Positions 28,279-37,214 of a stretch of DNA of 64,000 nt are shown in pieces. The position numbers and the translations under genes are program-made. Each line of letters begins with the position of its first letter. Positions within the stretch are counted from its first letter, which is position 1. Location of the stretch: contig QHYQ01000243.1 of assembly GCA_003224175.1 (NCBI GenBank), forward strand, positions 8,835-72,834. Direction: 5' to 3'. Origin of the DNA: Acidobacteriota bacterium (lineage in GTDB: Bacteria; Acidobacteriota; Terriglobia; Acidiferrales; UBA7541). Below the pieces are notes generated by a model. That model saw nothing but the letters and a program-made list of their open reading frames with translations. It ran no database searches and was not told where the DNA came from.

Positions 28279-28713
28279 TTGCGTGTGTGCATTTTGTTGG
28301 ACGAGGTTTATGTGGCTGTAAGGATATTGATCGCCGACGATCACGAAATCGTACGCCAAGGAATCCGCCGTGTGCTCGCAGCCAAACCGGAATGGGAAAT
28401 CTGCGGCGAAGCAGCCAACGGACAAGAGGCCGTAAGGATGGCGCAGGAGCTCACCCCAGACATCATCATCATGGATGTCACGATGCCGGTTATGACTGGC
28501 TTCGAGGCCGCTGACGAAATCTCCCGGCTCCCCATCGGCTCCCGAGTACTTTTCTTTACCATGCACGACACCAGCAGCTTAGCTGGATCCGTGCGCAGAT
28601 CCGGGGCTCAAGGGTACGTCGTAAAAACTCGGGCTTCGCGGGACTTAATTCAAGCTCTGGAGCGGCTCCTCAACGGTGGCACCTTTTTCGATTCCAGTCT
28701 CTATGCTCACTAG
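28279..28713 (+). CDS. Stand-alone receiver (REC) domain protein, NarL-type, with no output domain
   Basis: RILIADDHEIVRQG, IIIMDVTMP and GAQGYVVK are present. The true start is uncertain: TTG at 28279 or GTG at 28312. Confidence 0.8.
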   Translation: MRVCILLDEVYVAVRILIADDHEIVRQGIRRVLAAKPEWEICGEAANGQEAVRMAQELTPDIIIMDVTMPVMTGFEAADEISRLPIGSRVLFFTMHDTSSLAGSVRRSGAQGYVVKTRASRDLIQALERLLNGGTFFDSSLYAH

Positions 28714-28898
28714 GCTTTTGCAGCCTTACGGCCTCTACTCTCTGGCGAAGTTCTAATAAGCGACAGGGAAGACTGCGGCGTCCTCGTAAGGCGAATTTAA
28801 CTCCCGAATCCATTGCTATGCGTATTTCGGTTGAACCGAGCCTGGAATAGCCTCATTCGCGTGAGAGACAAGCTGTCTTTATACACAAAGGGGACGGT

Positions 28899-29105
28899 AT
28901 GCCGAAACATGCTCGCGTTGCCATTCTAATGGCTGCCATGATCATTTTTGCGGTTGCCATGTTGGATCTCGTTCGCTCCAAAGTAGAAGCAAGCGGGCGT
29001 GCCCTAAAGACCGCAGTGCTCCAATATTCCACAATCAAACGGATTTACGCGGCGCCTACTGATGTGATTCGTACAGCTTCGGGCGGCCAAGATCAGGGCC
29101 GGTAG
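28899..29105 (+). CDS. Small hypothetical membrane protein
   Basis: 68 aa with one hydrophobic helix (VAILMAAMIIFAVAML) and an AAAGGGGA-like ribosome-binding site 5 nt upstream. Confidence 0.3.
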   Translation: MPKHARVAILMAAMIIFAVAMLDLVRSKVEASGRALKTAVLQYSTIKRIYAAPTDVIRTASGGQDQGR

Positions 29106-29137
29106 TTCTGGTCCCCAACACCTTGAAACAATTCGGC

Positions 29138-29332
29138 TTACGGATGGGCGTTGATGAGCCCTGACGCCAGCGTCTCCGCTTGAGCGTCGTGGCTTACTCC
29201 TGGGCGGTTCCATCGGTAGGCCACATCCACGGCGTTGCTGTCACAGTAGGGGCAACGCCCGTGTCTGCTCAAAGCGTCAACCAGCCGCAGGCAATTCGCA
29301 CAAAACCATTCGTACTCGCCCATCCGGTCCAT
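29138..29332 (-). CDS. Small zinc-ribbon-like protein (CxxC...CxxC)
   Basis: This is the C-terminal 64 codons of the 297-aa track ORF, the only part not antisense to glcD. It reads MDRMGEYEWFCANCLRLVDALSRHGRCPYCDSNAVDVAYRWNRP... The ribosome-binding site is weak. Confidence 0.3.
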   Translation of the reverse strand: MDRMGEYEWFCANCLRLVDALSRHGRCPYCDSNAVDVAYRWNRPGVSHDAQAETLASGLINAHP

Positions 29333-29548
29333 CTTCTGACCCTGGTTCCAAGCTTTTTGCCACTGACGATAAGGGTGTGATGGACGTTGCGCATCAGCCG
29401 CACGCCGACTTGCACAGCCGCTGAAACGCGCTGCGAATTGATAGGGTAGCGGCCGCCTCTTGCGGACACGTTCATTGCGGAGTGATCTGGTCGTTGACTC
29501 CTTCCCGGCCGTCCTATAGTTTTGGCCGTGTAGTTCACTCGCCGCGCC

Positions 29549-30982
29549 ATGCAACGAACGATCATCCGCGAATTGGAAAGGCTTCTCGGAAGCTCGGGCG
29601 TACTGTCGAGCCCCGAAGATTTGTTGCTCTACGAATACGACGGTTCGGTCGAAGAAGCAGGACCCGATGCCATCGTCTTTCCGCGCCGCAAGCAAGACGT
29701 CGTAGAGATTGTCAAACTTGCGAACCGCTATGATCTCTCTATTGTGGGACGTGGTGCGGGCACCGGGCTCTCCGGCGGGGCGCTGGCCAGGGAAGGTGGA
29801 ATTGTTTTGGCGTTCTCGCGCATGAACCACATCTTGGAGATCGACGCGGAAAATCAGCGGGCCGTAGTCGAACCCGGAGTCGTGAATCTCGATCTCTCTC
29901 GCGCCGCTGAGAAATACGGCTTGTATTTCGCTCCTGATCCTTCCAGTCAGAAATCCTGCACCATCGGAGGCAACGTCTCGGAAAATTCCGGTGGGCCGCA
30001 CACGCTCGCCTATGGTGTCACTTCCAACCACGTCACCGGCCTCGAGGTGGTCATGCCGGACGCCAAAGTCATCCGGCTCGGCGGACGAGCCATGGAGACG
30101 CCCGGCTATGATCTAACCGGTCTCATGATCGGTTCGGAAGGAACGTTTGCGCTGGTCACAGAAGTCACGGTCAGGCTTCTGCGCCTGCCCGAAGACGTTC
30201 GCACGCTTCTGGCAATATACGACTCGCTCGGGGACGCCACCGATAGCGTCGTGGACATCACCGCTCGCGGAATTATTCCCGCAGCTTGTGAAATGCTCGA
30301 CGGCTGGACCCTGCGCGCCGTCGAGGCTTATGTCCATGCCGGTTTTCCCCTCGATAGCGCCGCGGTCTTGCTGATGGAAGTGGAAGGCGTGCGCGAAGCC
30401 GCCGAAACACAGGCCGACGAAATCATCGAGGTTTGCCGGCGCCACAATGCGCGTGAAGTGCGCCGCGCGCGCGACGCCCGGGAACGCGCCCTGCTTTGGA
30501 AAGGCCGCAAAGAGGCCTTCGGCGCCGTCGGCCGCGTCTCGCCATCCTATTACGTGCTGGATGGCGTCATTCCGCGCACTAAACTCACGCCGACGCTTCT
30601 GCGCATTGAAGAAATTGCCAAGCGCTACGGCTTCGTCATCGGAAATATCTTTCACGCCGGAGACGGAAACCTGCATCCCTTGATTCTTTTCGATCACCGC
30701 GATCGCGATCAGTTCCGCCGCGCAAGGGCCGCCGGCGCGGAGATCATGCAGCTTTGCGTGGAGATGGGCGGCACGCTTACCGGGGAACATGGCGTGGGCA
30801 TGGAGAAAAATGAACTCATGCCTCTCATGTTCACTGAGACCGATCTGGATTTAATGCGCAAGGTGCGCGCCGCATTCAATCCCGTTGGCCGGCTCAATCC
30901 CGGAAAAGTCTTGCCGCTGGGCAAGGGCTGCGGAGAAACGCGCCTGCAGCCTTTTCCGCAATCCGCCGGTGGAAACGCATGA
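29549..30982 (+). CDS. glcD: Glycolate oxidase subunit GlcD (FAD-linked oxidase)
   Basis: 477 aa with an FAD-binding PCMH-type domain (VGRGAGTGLSGGA) and TGEHGVGMEK at the C-terminus. Confidence 0.9.
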   Translation: MQRTIIRELERLLGSSGVLSSPEDLLLYEYDGSVEEAGPDAIVFPRRKQDVVEIVKLANRYDLSIVGRGAGTGLSGGALAREGGIVLAFSRMNHILEIDAENQRAVVEPGVVNLDLSRAAEKYGLYFAPDPSSQKSCTIGGNVSENSGGPHTLAYGVTSNHVTGLEVVMPDAKVIRLGGRAMETPGYDLTGLMIGSEGTFALVTEVTVRLLRLPEDVRTLLAIYDSLGDATDSVVDITARGIIPAACEMLDGWTLRAVEAYVHAGFPLDSAAVLLMEVEGVREAAETQADEIIEVCRRHNAREVRRARDARERALLWKGRKEAFGAVGRVSPSYYVLDGVIPRTKLTPTLLRIEEIAKRYGFVIGNIFHAGDGNLHPLILFDHRDRDQFRRARAAGAEIMQLCVEMGGTLTGEHGVGMEKNELMPLMFTETDLDLMRKVRAAFNPVGRLNPGKVLPLGKGCGETRLQPFPQSAGGNA

Positions 30983-32343
30983 GCCAGGTCGCTGAATCGC
31001 TGGCCTCGCGGCTCGCAGAGCTCGTCGGCGCCGGCCGCGTCCACACCGGTCCGAAATCGCTTGCAGCCTATGAGGTCGATGGCCGCCGCCCCTCTGCAGC
31101 CCTGCTGCCCAGTTCCGTAGCTGAGGTAGCTGAAATTCTCTGCTTCGCTTCGGCTGAGCGTCTCGCCGTCATCCCGATCGGTGGCAGAACCCACCTGCAC
31201 ATCGGCATGCCGCCACACCGATACGATCTTGCGCTCGATGTTTCGGCACTGAACCGCGTGCTAGCCTACGAGCCGCACGATCTCACGCTGGGCGTTGAGC
31301 CGGGCATAACCTACGCTGAGCTCGATCGCAACCTCCGCGAAAAGGGGCAATTCCTGCCGCTCGCGCCGCCTTTTGCGGAGCGCGCCACGCTTGGTGGAAT
31401 CGTCGCCGCAGCCGCAGACACGCCAGTGCGATATGCTCATGGCACGGCGAAGGATCTTTTGCTCGGTGCTGAGTTTGTTACAGGCGAGGGAGTCATTTCT
31501 AAGAGCGGCGGCCGCGTCGTGAAAAATGTCACCGGCTACGACCTGCACAAACTCCTGATCGGCTCGCTCGGAACTCTGGCCGTCATCACGCGATTGAACT
31601 TCCGCACGTTTCCATTGCCGCCCCTTCAGAGAATGTTTGTGGCGACTTTTGCCGATCCCTTGGGCGCGATGGCTTTTTGCCGCGCTATCATGCAATCGCC
31701 TTTGCAACCGAGGGTCGTGGACGTCCTCAATCCGAGGGCCGCAGGGCTGTTTGCGGCTTACAGCGGCGGCAACCTGGGTCGAGACTCTTGGCTCGCGGTC
31801 GTAGAAGCGGCCGGGCATGAAAAGGTCCTTGAGCGCCACGCGCGCGACCTTGCCTCCATGTCTCGGGAGGCACAGGCCGCCGAATTCATCGCTCTCGACG
31901 AAGACCAGCGAGAGCATCTCTTTGGTTGCCTATGCGAATTCTCGCCAATCGCGTTCGGAGCGACTTCCGCTGCAACGGTCTTCCGAATCGCCGCTCTTCC
32001 TTCGGCCCTGCCGGCTTTGTTGGAAGAAACGCGGAAGCTCGCCGCGCGCCATGCACTCGATTGCGCCATTCTGATTCGTGCTCTTGGCGTCGTCTACCTC
32101 GCCCTTCTGCCGCCGGCAAACCCGGAGGCATACCCAGAATTGGTAAACTGCTCACGCGAGCTGATGACCCTCTGCGTCACCTCCGGAGTAGCTCCTATGA
32201 TTGAGCGCTGCCCGCTCGAAATAAAAAACGCGCTAGACATCTGGCCGCCCCCTGGAACCGAGCAGGAGATTACCCAGCGTCTGAAGCACGTCTTCGATCC
32301 ACACAGAATTCTTGCCCCGGGCCGCTTTCGAGGAGGCATTTGA
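30979..32343 (+). CDS. glcE: Glycolate oxidase FAD-binding subunit GlcE-like
   Basis: 454 aa. It shares an ATGA overlap with glcD, has an FAD-binding domain (VIPIGGRTHLHIG) and VKNVTGYDL. Confidence 0.8.
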   Translation: MSQVAESLASRLAELVGAGRVHTGPKSLAAYEVDGRRPSAALLPSSVAEVAEILCFASAERLAVIPIGGRTHLHIGMPPHRYDLALDVSALNRVLAYEPHDLTLGVEPGITYAELDRNLREKGQFLPLAPPFAERATLGGIVAAAADTPVRYAHGTAKDLLLGAEFVTGEGVISKSGGRVVKNVTGYDLHKLLIGSLGTLAVITRLNFRTFPLPPLQRMFVATFADPLGAMAFCRAIMQSPLQPRVVDVLNPRAAGLFAAYSGGNLGRDSWLAVVEAAGHEKVLERHARDLASMSREAQAAEFIALDEDQREHLFGCLCEFSPIAFGATSAATVFRIAALPSALPALLEETRKLAARHALDCAILIRALGVVYLALLPPANPEAYPELVNCSRELMTLCVTSGVAPMIERCPLEIKNALDIWPPPGTEQEITQRLKHVFDPHRILAPGRFRGGI

Positions 32344-33710
32344 GTATGTCGCACGTGTCCCCGGCCACGGGCGCCCTTGAGTCTGCCTCCCCAGTCCATC
32401 GCGAGAGTGGCTTCCACGGTCCGGACCGCCCCAAAGATGTGGACTATCTGCATTGCATTCATTGCGGCCTGTGCCTCAACCAATGCCCCACGTATCGGTT
32501 GTGGGGTCTCGAAGCGGATTCGCCCCGTGGCCGCATTCGCCAGATGGTCCTCGTGGATGAAGGACGACTGCCGCTCGGCGATTCCTTTGTCCGGCATATT
32601 GACCAATGCCTCGATTGCCGCGCCTGCGAAACGGCATGCCCGGCGGGAGTGGAGTACGGCAAGCTAGTGGAAGCAGCGCGAGCGCAGATCGAGCAGAATT
32701 ACCGCCGCCCGTTTTCATCCCGCATCGCTCGGAGCCTCGTGTACCGCCACCTGCTGCCCTATCCGCGCCGCATCGCCGCCGTGGCGCGCCTCGTCCGCTT
32801 GTACCAAAACTCCGGTTTGAAAACTGCAGCGCGCCAGTCGGGGCTATTGCGCCTGTTCGGCTTGGCCGACCGCGAAAAATTGATGCCCCCGGTTGAGCAG
32901 GTATTCTTTTTTTCTCGACTAGGGCAAACCTTTCCAGCTCAGGGCCAGCGCCGGGCTCGTGTCGCTCTTTTCGCCGGATGCATTTCGCAAGTGAGCTTCG
33001 CGGCATTGCACGAGGCCACCATTCGCGTCCTGACCGCAAATGGCTGTGAGGTGGTCGTCCCCGAGGGACAACTTTGCTGCGGAGCTTTGGCGGCGCACGC
33101 CGGCGTGCGCGATATCGCCCGGCAGCTTGCGCGTGCGAATCTGGATGTCTTTTTGCGTGAGGGTTTCGACGCCGTAATCACAAACGCCGCCGGGTGCGGC
33201 TCAACCTTAAAAGAGTACGACCAGCTATTTTCCGCCGATGATCCTGCGCACAGGAAGGCTCTCGAGTTTCGACGGAAAATGCGTGACGCCACGGAATTTC
33301 TTGATTCGTTGGGGCTGACCGCTCCTATGCGTGAGCTCCGCGTGCACGTGACCTATCAGGACTCCTGCCATTTGGCGCACGGACAAAAAATTCGCGAAGC
33401 ACCCCGGCGGCTGATTCGCGCTGTTCCCGGAGTCGAGCTCACGGAGATGCGGCTCTCAGATAACTGCTGCGGCTCGGCGGGAGTCTACAACGTCACGCAG
33501 ACCCAGACTTCCCTGGAGTTGTTGGCCGAGAAGATGCAGTGCGCGGCGGAAACTGGCGCGGAAGCCATCGTCACCGCGAACCCCGGTTGCCTGCTGCAAA
33601 TGCGCGCCGGAAGTGAGATTCACAAGACCGGACAGCAGGTGCTGCACGTCATGGAGTTACTCGACCGGGCTTTGAGAGATGTGCCTGCCTCGGCTACTTC
33701 TCGCCTATGA
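32340..33710 (+). CDS. glcF: Glycolate oxidase iron-sulfur subunit GlcF
   Basis: Ferredoxin motifs CIHCGLCLNQCP and CLDCRACETACP are present with two CCG domains (GCGSTL, NPGCLLQ). The start is TTG at 32340 or ATG at 32346. Confidence 0.9.
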   Translation: MSMSHVSPATGALESASPVHRESGFHGPDRPKDVDYLHCIHCGLCLNQCPTYRLWGLEADSPRGRIRQMVLVDEGRLPLGDSFVRHIDQCLDCRACETACPAGVEYGKLVEAARAQIEQNYRRPFSSRIARSLVYRHLLPYPRRIAAVARLVRLYQNSGLKTAARQSGLLRLFGLADREKLMPPVEQVFFFSRLGQTFPAQGQRRARVALFAGCISQVSFAALHEATIRVLTANGCEVVVPEGQLCCGALAAHAGVRDIARQLARANLDVFLREGFDAVITNAAGCGSTLKEYDQLFSADDPAHRKALEFRRKMRDATEFLDSLGLTAPMRELRVHVTYQDSCHLAHGQKIREAPRRLIRAVPGVELTEMRLSDNCCGSAGVYNVTQTQTSLELLAEKMQCAAETGAEAIVTANPGCLLQMRAGSEIHKTGQQVLHVMELLDRALRDVPASATSRL

Positions 33711-34011
33711 GATACCGGCAGCCCGCGGAACCCATGCACGCCGCGTGCACTGCCCCGGCAGGACCATCGCAGCGTTCTCCGGCTCGATAGGTTGTGCTGC
33801 GGCCGCCCATCGTCAGCGTCATCTCTCCTTCGAGGATGATGTGCCCGGTCTCAACAGGGTGAGTGTGGTCGGAATAGCGGCGATCCGGCCCGTCCTCCCA
33901 GACGTAAGTATGACGAAAACCCTCGTTATGCAGTTGTTTTTCGAGTTCGGCAGTGTTCATTGCTGCCGTTGTTTCGCCCGCAAATCGCGAGCTATTTTGT
34001 TCGTGTGTCAT
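33694..34011 (-). CDS. Cupin domain protein
   Basis: 105 aa with HTHPVETGHIILEGEMTLTMGG...AGAVH. The start overlaps the SDR stop as ATGA. Confidence 0.7.
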   Translation of the reverse strand: MTHEQNSSRFAGETTAAMNTAELEKQLHNEGFRHTYVWEDGPDRRYSDHTHPVETGHIILEGEMTLTMGGRSTTYRAGERCDGPAGAVHAACMGSAGCRYLIGEK

Positions 34012-34793
34012 TGCTGCGGCATAAACATCCGCGCGGCTACGCGCGTCACCAACCGGCGCGGCGCGAGCCTCTGCGCTTCGACAGTCAGCCAGTTGCGAGT
34101 CCCCGAAATGACGCGGGGCTTACCTCCGGCGAGCGCCCGCAGGCCAACTCGCGCCACCTTTTCATTGGGCTCCTGAGGACCTGCTATGTGCAAAGGCTGG
34201 CCCGCCACTTCGTGGAATTCGCTCACCGTCGAACCGGGACACAAGGCGCAGACGCGCACGCCATATCGCCGGACTTCTTCGGCAATGCCTTCGGCAAACA
34301 GAAGGTCGAACCCCTTGGTAGCGGCGTATGTGCTGATATAGGGAACGGGTTGAAAGGCGGCGGTCGAGGCCACGATCAAAACGTATCCTGAGCGCCGTTC
34401 CACCATGGCAGGGAGGAACAGGTGGGTCAGATGAACAACCGAAGCGACGTTCACTTGCACCATATCCAACAACCGCGCCGCCTCAACCTTGCGGAACTCA
34501 CCATAGGCGCCGAAGCCAGCATTGTTTATCAGCAGCTCGATAGGTATGCGCTTCTGCTCAGTAAAACGAAAGATCTCGGCAGGAGCTTGGGGCCGCGCAA
34601 GATCGGCAGCAAAGATTCGCGCTTGAACTTTATAGCGGGAGGTTACGTCGTCTGCTAGTTGTGCCAGCCGGTCGGCACGGCGGGCGGTAAGAACTAGGTT
34701 GGCACCACGAGCTGCCAACTGCTCGGCAAATGCCCAGCCGATCCCGGAACTCCCCCCGGTAACCAACGCCCATTTGCCTCTCCAGTCTTCCAC
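34008..34793 (-). CDS. Short-chain dehydrogenase/reductase
   Basis: 261 aa with ALVTGGSSGIGWA, NNAG and YAATK motifs. Confidence 0.9.
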   Translation of the reverse strand: MEDWRGKWALVTGGSSGIGWAFAEQLAARGANLVLTARRADRLAQLADDVTSRYKVQARIFAADLARPQAPAEIFRFTEQKRIPIELLINNAGFGAYGEFRKVEAARLLDMVQVNVASVVHLTHLFLPAMVERRSGYVLIVASTAAFQPVPYISTYAATKGFDLLFAEGIAEEVRRYGVRVCALCPGSTVSEFHEVAGQPLHIAGPQEPNEKVARVGLRALAGGKPRVISGTRNWLTVEAQRLAPRRLVTRVAARMFMPQQ

Positions 34794-34847
34794 AGAGCCT
34801 CCTGCAAATGGGCATATTTCGCCGCATATGAAAACTGGCCGGGCCGA

Positions 34848-35261
34848 TTAGGCCTTCGAGGTCCAGGACGACGTTACACTGTGGCGCAGCCGCTCCCCTT
34901 GTGACTTCAGGCGATCAAGCAAGCGCCGCGCCCAGACGAACTCCGCCGCCAGCATCGCGAGGCCTCCGATGATGACCAGCCAACCCGGCCCGGGCGTAAT
35001 CAGCATCACGACACCAACCAACAGGAGCGTAAATCCACCCAGGATCTTGAAGAACCGCCTTATCTGCTGAACCGTCTCGAGAGACACCGCAACCTCCCCT
35101 ATTCCCCAACCCCATACCTCATCCACCAGTTTACTTAGATTGTGAGAATGACCTCGTGGTTTCACCTCAACCATGAATCGAAGCAATTTTAATTCCGAAC
35201 GGCCTATTGGTTCGACCGACCCAGCCCTGGCCGCAGGCCCTGATTCTGCCCCGAAGGCCAC
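34848..35261 (-). CDS. PGPGW-motif small transmembrane protein
   Basis: LLLVGVVMLITPGPGWLVIIGGLAMLAAEFVWARR is present. An alternative start lies at ATG 35174. Confidence 0.6.
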   Translation of the reverse strand: MAFGAESGPAARAGSVEPIGRSELKLLRFMVEVKPRGHSHNLSKLVDEVWGWGIGEVAVSLETVQQIRRFFKILGGFTLLLVGVVMLITPGPGWLVIIGGLAMLAAEFVWARRLLDRLKSQGERLRHSVTSSWTSKA

Positions 35262-35419
35262 TGATTAAGGTTGATTTAGAGGCAGAAGCGGCGCCTGACG
35301 CGTTCGCCAGCAAGGAAATTTGGCTGCGTCGAAAATGGCAGAAGTTTGGGAATAAGGGAGTTAGGTCAAACTAGCTCGGAGAATTTTAATCGGGAGAAAC
35401 GTCTGACCCCGATTCCGGT

Positions 35420-36769
35420 TCAGCTGGCTCCCATAGTCACGGGTGGAACCTCGGCTTTGGCCGTCGCCGCTACCGCCCCCACGACCAGTAACGCTGGCGC
35501 AGGCGGTGCCGGCACGCTCGCCAGAGACGCCAGGTCAGTCCGACAAATCGATTCCTGCGGAGCAGAAGCCTGCGAAACGATCAGACAAGGTGTCTCTTCG
35601 GAGATGCCTGCGTCCCGCAACGCGTGCGCGAGGCGTTTGTAATCGCTTCCCGGCATGTAAATGACTAGAGTGGCGCCGGTACGCGGCACCGACTTCAAGT
35701 CGCGCTCAAACTCTCCTTCGCGGCGGTGCGCACTCAGGAAGATGAGTTGGGAGGCGACGCGCCGGTCCGTCAACGCAATTTGCGCGCTGGCTGCCGCAGC
35801 AGAGGCTGCGGTGACGCCTGGTATGACTTCAAAATCCACGCCGGCCTCGCGCAAGGCGGAGATCTCCTCGCCGGCGCGGCCGAAAATCAAGGGGTCGCCT
35901 CCCTGGAGACGGACGACAGTCTTTGCAGTAGAGGCATATCCGACGAGCAGCGCGTGAATCTCCTCCTGCGTGATCGATTTCGCACCGCAACGCTTTCCCA
36001 CGCTGCACAATATTGCCGCGGGCGGCACGATACTCAGGACCTGCGCAGAGACCAGCGCGTCGTGCAGAACCACATCCGCCGAGCGCAGGACGTTCCAGGC
36101 TTTGCGTGTCAGCAAATCCGGATCGCCCAGTCCCGCTCCAACGAAATAGACCTTACGCCGATTATCTTGTTTGGCGGAATTCTGCCGCGCCTGGAACTCC
36201 GCGAAGGCGCGTTCGCTCGAAAGCTCCTTGAGAATCGCGCGCCGGCCTTCCGGTGAAATATTAGAGTCGAAAAGCTCGCGGCGCTGCCGCCCGATCTCCT
36301 CGACCCAAGGGCCATAGTCGGGCCCAAACTGCTCTTCGAGTTGGCGGCGCAACCGCTGCGCCAAAAAGGGAGAATGTCCCGAAGTAGAAATGGCCAGCTG
36401 CAGCGCACCTCGGCGCACGACAGCGGGATAATAAAAATCGCACCGCTCCGGCTGGTCGACCGCATTGCACAAAATTCCGGTCTGCTCGGAGCGCCGAAAA
36501 ATCTCTTCGTGTAATTCGGGGGAATTTGTCGCTGCAATTACCAAGGAAACTCCGGCAAGATCGGAGGGCGAAAATCGGCGCTCGTCCCAGACAATCCGGC
36601 CTGAGCGGGCATCCTCGCGGATGCCCGGCGTAGCCTGCGGCGCGACGACCCGCACTTCGGCGCCGCAGCGCAGCAGGCTCCGCATCTTAGCTTCGGCCAC
36701 TAGGCCGCCCCCGACAATCAGGCATCGGCGTCCAGCGAGCTTCAGGAATATGGGGAATAGCTCATCCAT
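35420..36769 (-). CDS. cysG: Siroheme synthase (precorrin-2 dehydrogenase/ferrochelatase plus uroporphyrinogen-III C-methyltransferase)
   Basis: The start at ATG 36769 (MDELFPIFLKLAGRRCLIVGGG) matches the canonical CysG N-terminus. The methyltransferase motif is VYFVGAGLGDPDLLT. The longer GTG 36856 version would begin inside a terminator hairpin. Confidence 0.9.
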   Translation of the reverse strand: MDELFPIFLKLAGRRCLIVGGGLVAEAKMRSLLRCGAEVRVVAPQATPGIREDARSGRIVWDERRFSPSDLAGVSLVIAATNSPELHEEIFRRSEQTGILCNAVDQPERCDFYYPAVVRRGALQLAISTSGHSPFLAQRLRRQLEEQFGPDYGPWVEEIGRQRRELFDSNISPEGRRAILKELSSERAFAEFQARQNSAKQDNRRKVYFVGAGLGDPDLLTRKAWNVLRSADVVLHDALVSAQVLSIVPPAAILCSVGKRCGAKSITQEEIHALLVGYASTAKTVVRLQGGDPLIFGRAGEEISALREAGVDFEVIPGVTAASAAAASAQIALTDRRVASQLIFLSAHRREGEFERDLKSVPRTGATLVIYMPGSDYKRLAHALRDAGISEETPCLIVSQASAPQESICRTDLASLASVPAPPAPALLVVGAVAATAKAEVPPVTMGAS

Positions 36770-36838
36770 CGGGTCGCTCGTAAATATCGCGCGCTTGGCT
36801 TGTAACTTTAAGAAAATTCGTTCCGCCAGCCGTGCGCC

Positions 36839-36879
36839 AAAAACCAAAAAACCCACCGGCCAGCCATTCTGGCGGTGGG
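36839..36879 (-). terminator. Intrinsic terminator/attenuator hairpin 70 nt upstream of cysG
   Basis: The minus strand reads CCCACCGCCAG-AATGG-CTGGCCGGTGGG (11 bp with one bulge) followed by TTTTTTGGTTTTT. Confidence 0.6.
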
Positions 36880-36905
36880 CTTTGCTCGTTCAGATTGCAG
36901 CTACT

Positions 36906-36992
36906 CTAAACCAACAACCTCCCGTCGCCAGAGGAGACAGAACAACAGGCGCCAAACAGCGCCCCGCAAGCCTTCGAGCAGCAAATCAACAT
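36906..36992 (-). CDS. Cys-rich 28-codon leader peptide ORF upstream of cysG
   Basis: Read directly as atg ttg att tgc tgc tcg aag gct tgc ggg gcg ctg ttt ggc gcc tgt tgt tct gtc tcc tct ggc gac ggg agg ttg ttg gtt tag, which gives MLICCSKACGALFGACCSVSSGDGRLLV*. It is below the ORF-track length cutoff. Confidence 0.45.
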   Translation of the reverse strand: MLICCSKACGALFGACCSVSSGDGRLLV

Positions 36993-36998
36993 CAATTC

Positions 36999-37028
36999 AT
37001 TCTAAGTTTGGCGGATGGGGTAAGTCAA
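36999..37028 (-). promoter_or_regulatory. Candidate sigma70-type promoter for the cysG leader
   Basis: The minus strand reads TTGACT (37028..37023), an 18-nt spacer, TAGAAT (37004..36999), then 6 nt to the leader ATG. This raises the possibility of leaderless initiation. Confidence 0.4.
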
Positions 37029-37214
37029 TATTTCCAGGCCATCGGGGCCATCGGCCCTTTAGCAGTGGTTCACAGGGTGTTGTTGGGTACGCATGCGACT
37101 CGATTTCTAAACTTGTCCGCCGATGCCGCGAATCGTGGCATAGTGCCATTTGCCCGAGTGGCTATACTTCTCCGAAGCTATCTCGGCACGCGGCGCAAAG
37201 CGGAGATAACATCG

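Noticed and set aside
29333-30031. N-terminal 230 codons of the 297-aa minus-strand ORF
   Set aside because: This part is antisense to glcD. Only the last 64 codons, outside glcD and carrying CxxC...CxxC, were kept, at low confidence.
36465-37214. Upstream 250 codons of the 626-aa plus-strand ORF
   Set aside because: This part overlaps cysG antisense and the leader region and has a Pro/Arg/Ser-rich composition. Membrane-protein character begins only at the ATG at 37215.
36880-37214. Possible cobalamin riboswitch upstream of cysG
   Set aside because: I looked for a B12 box on the minus strand and found only a weak AACCACTG match, without the surrounding conserved core. The Cys-rich leader ORF plus terminator explains the region better.
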